This document shows positions 62,050 to 64,000 of a stretch of DNA of 64,000 nt, piece after piece. A program made the position numbers and the translations under genes. The stretch is from the human T2T-CHM13v2.0 reference genome, Homo sapiens, in NCBI RefSeq assembly GCF_009914755.1, contig NC_060940.1; one strand, given 5' to 3'. Each line of letters begins with the position of its first letter. Positions within the stretch are counted from its first letter, which is position 1. The notes beneath the pieces are model-generated. The model saw only the letters and a list, made by a program, of their open reading frames with translations, did not search any database and was not told the DNA's origin.

Positions 62050-62589
62050 TGTTACCTATCTGGGGTGATCCAGAGTGTTCTTGGTTGTCTTCTTCAAAGA
62101 AAGAATTCACTCAAAAGACCAATTAGTAAAGCAGGCAAAAGTTTTATTGGGGAAGTAAAAGTACACTCCAACAGAGGAGTGGGCTGACCCTGCTGGAAAC
62201 AGCCCCGGGACATTCTGCATTCGATATTCTATGGTCTTGCTTCTTTCCTTGTCCAGTTCTCACCAAGGCTTGGGGGGATCATCCCTTACTGTGGTTCATG
62301 TACATGCACTGGACGCAGTGATCAATACAAATTCCACCCGATGGGGACGTTGCTCATTACTGCCACCCGGGAAGGTCATATAGCCATCAAATTTGTACTC
62401 ATTGCACCTGTGTGGCTCTCAAGAATTCTGCTTTTGCCTTTTTTCTCCCTTATCAGGATCTAGTTAGCCACATTTTGAGTTTGACCATAAAGTGAGTACT
62501 GGGCATCTTAAGAGGTGGTCTGGGCTGTTCCTTCCAACATGGGTACCTCCCCTCCTGCCTGCTAATATCTGACTAACTGCCCCCTTTCA
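62050..62589 (-). mobile_element. ERV1 3' LTR (MER4/MER50/MER51-group-like)
   Basis: TGTTAC...GGGGTGATCCAGAG...AAGAAAGAATTC...TTTATT (poly-A signal on the minus strand), ending CA next to the env 3' end. Confidence 0.65.
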
Positions 62590-62649
62590 CGTTTATTCCT
62601 TAAGGAGTTGGGACCCAGAAATCTTTTGGGAAATAGGGTGGAGGTCATT

Positions 62650-64000
62650 CTTCTGTAGCTACTTCCTGCTGAAAAGGGGCGTCGAGGGTCTTCTGGTCCC
62701 TCCTCCTTGCTTGCTGTCATGGCAAGAGGGTTTCAGAGGTTGTTGTTGTCTCTCAAAAGGTTTGACCCACAGTGTCCAGAGGAGACATACAGAAACTTGG
62801 TTGTCCTCAAGGGCAGGAAAGAGGTTGATATCCTTGTCACAAGACCATTTGAAGTCTGACGGCGTCTAGATGGGATAAAATAAACTTACTTAGTAGATTC
62901 AAGAAGCAAGACCCAGAAAAGAGAAGAAGGAAGATAGAGGTCAGGGGTCCCAGGAAGGGGAGGAGCCATGAGAATCAGAACCAGGTGACACCCCAGTAGC
63001 CCCTTCCCAAAGGTGAGAAGCCTAGTTTATGAGATCTCAAATGTGCTCCTGAGCCTGCCCTGATCTCTTAACCCAAATCAGCACTCTTCTCCAAGCACAG
63101 CCAAGTTCCTCCCTGAGCTGCAGCCAGCATGTCAAGACCTCTACCATGTTTGAGAACTATAGCTGCGAGAGAACTGACTTGCCACTGTAACTCTGTTACA
63201 GCAACTAGTCGTTTCTATCCCTTGGGCCAATTCCAGAGACAGGCTGTGGTAGGTTCAGGAGTAAGTGCCAATGCTGGCTATTCCCATCATGGCACCTGTG
63301 GTGATGCCAAGCCCAACGAGAAAGGGAATTAATTGAATTGCTTGGTGGGCCCCAGTGTGAGGTTATAAATAAGAGCAAGGGCAGAGAAGCATCACCTGGG
63401 GCAATGAGATGCTAGGGGTGAGGTAAGCCAGCATGCGTGTTCTGGTCCAGTTTGCAGAGAGGCAGAGGTGGGCCTGTGTCCCACATAGAAAACAAAGTTC
63501 TGTCATACGTAGACAAGAATGGATACGGAAGGAGGCAAGGTCAATTCCAAACATTACCATTGTTGGCTACGCAAGATGTGATATTCTGTCACTAAAGTTG
63601 CAGCTGCTAGGGGAGCCAGACATGAGTGAGTAGTTTGAATAGGAGGATGGTTCTTATTTTCCCAGAAGAGCATGTGTCTAGTAATGTCAAGGAAAAGAGC
63701 CTCCAAAGGGAGTTAAAGATTTGAAATTTTTGCATGACCACTACTGGCTTGGTAAGGTAGAGAACCTTACTTGGTATTGGGAGATTTCAGTTTCTAGAAA
63801 AAAAGAAGTATGAGAGGTATTGACAATGGTGATGGTTGTGTTGCAGTGCGCAGGGTTGAGAGAACCCACCAAAGTTCCAGAATCTGTGGCAGTAGTGATG
63901 CCTAGGAGTACCTGACTGATGGTGAAGGGGGAAAACAAGGGGCCTAAAATAGTGCAAGTGGGCTTAAGAAAAGCCTGAAAGTCCCCTTTGCTTGTGTTAG
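62650..64000 (-). pseudogene. env: ERV1 (gamma-like) env remnant, running off the window
   Basis: Minus-strand peptides AIQLIPFLVGLGITTGAMMGIASIG (fusion peptide), SSLAAIVLKHGRGLDMLAAAQGGT (immunosuppressive domain), LDAVRLQMVL and APFQQEVA (C-terminus); disrupted. Confidence 0.85.

Overview
Primate pericentromeric DNA, almost certainly human because it carries an AluYb8. A diverged GGAAT/CATTC satellite of HSat2 (HSATII) type fills 1-15.46 kb and 56.5-59.4 kb. Between the two arrays is a ~41 kb segmental-duplication-like mosaic of old L1, L2, MaLR, ERV1/ERVL LTR, Alu and DNA-transposon fragments. That mosaic also holds a 1.9 kb GC-rich CAAAAAG-type array, a 2.2 kb direct duplication, a 0.34 kb inverted duplication, and a full-length L1PA2-like element with TSDs, broken ORF1/ORF2 and an intact ORF0. 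An ERV1 3' LTR plus decayed env ends the window. No intact host protein-coding gene is visible, and nearly all listed ORFs are repeat artefacts. The most unusual item is a ~1.6 kb intronless decayed reading frame on the minus strand (59.39-60.99 kb) that abuts the second satellite array. I cannot match it to any host gene or transposon I recognise, and its translation shows colinear motif resemblance to orthomyxovirus-like polymerase PA subunits. It is therefore a candidate non-retroviral endogenous viral element, which needs profile or structure searches to confirm. Repeat subfamily names come from recalled consensus sequences, not a database run, and the boundaries of old elements are approximate.
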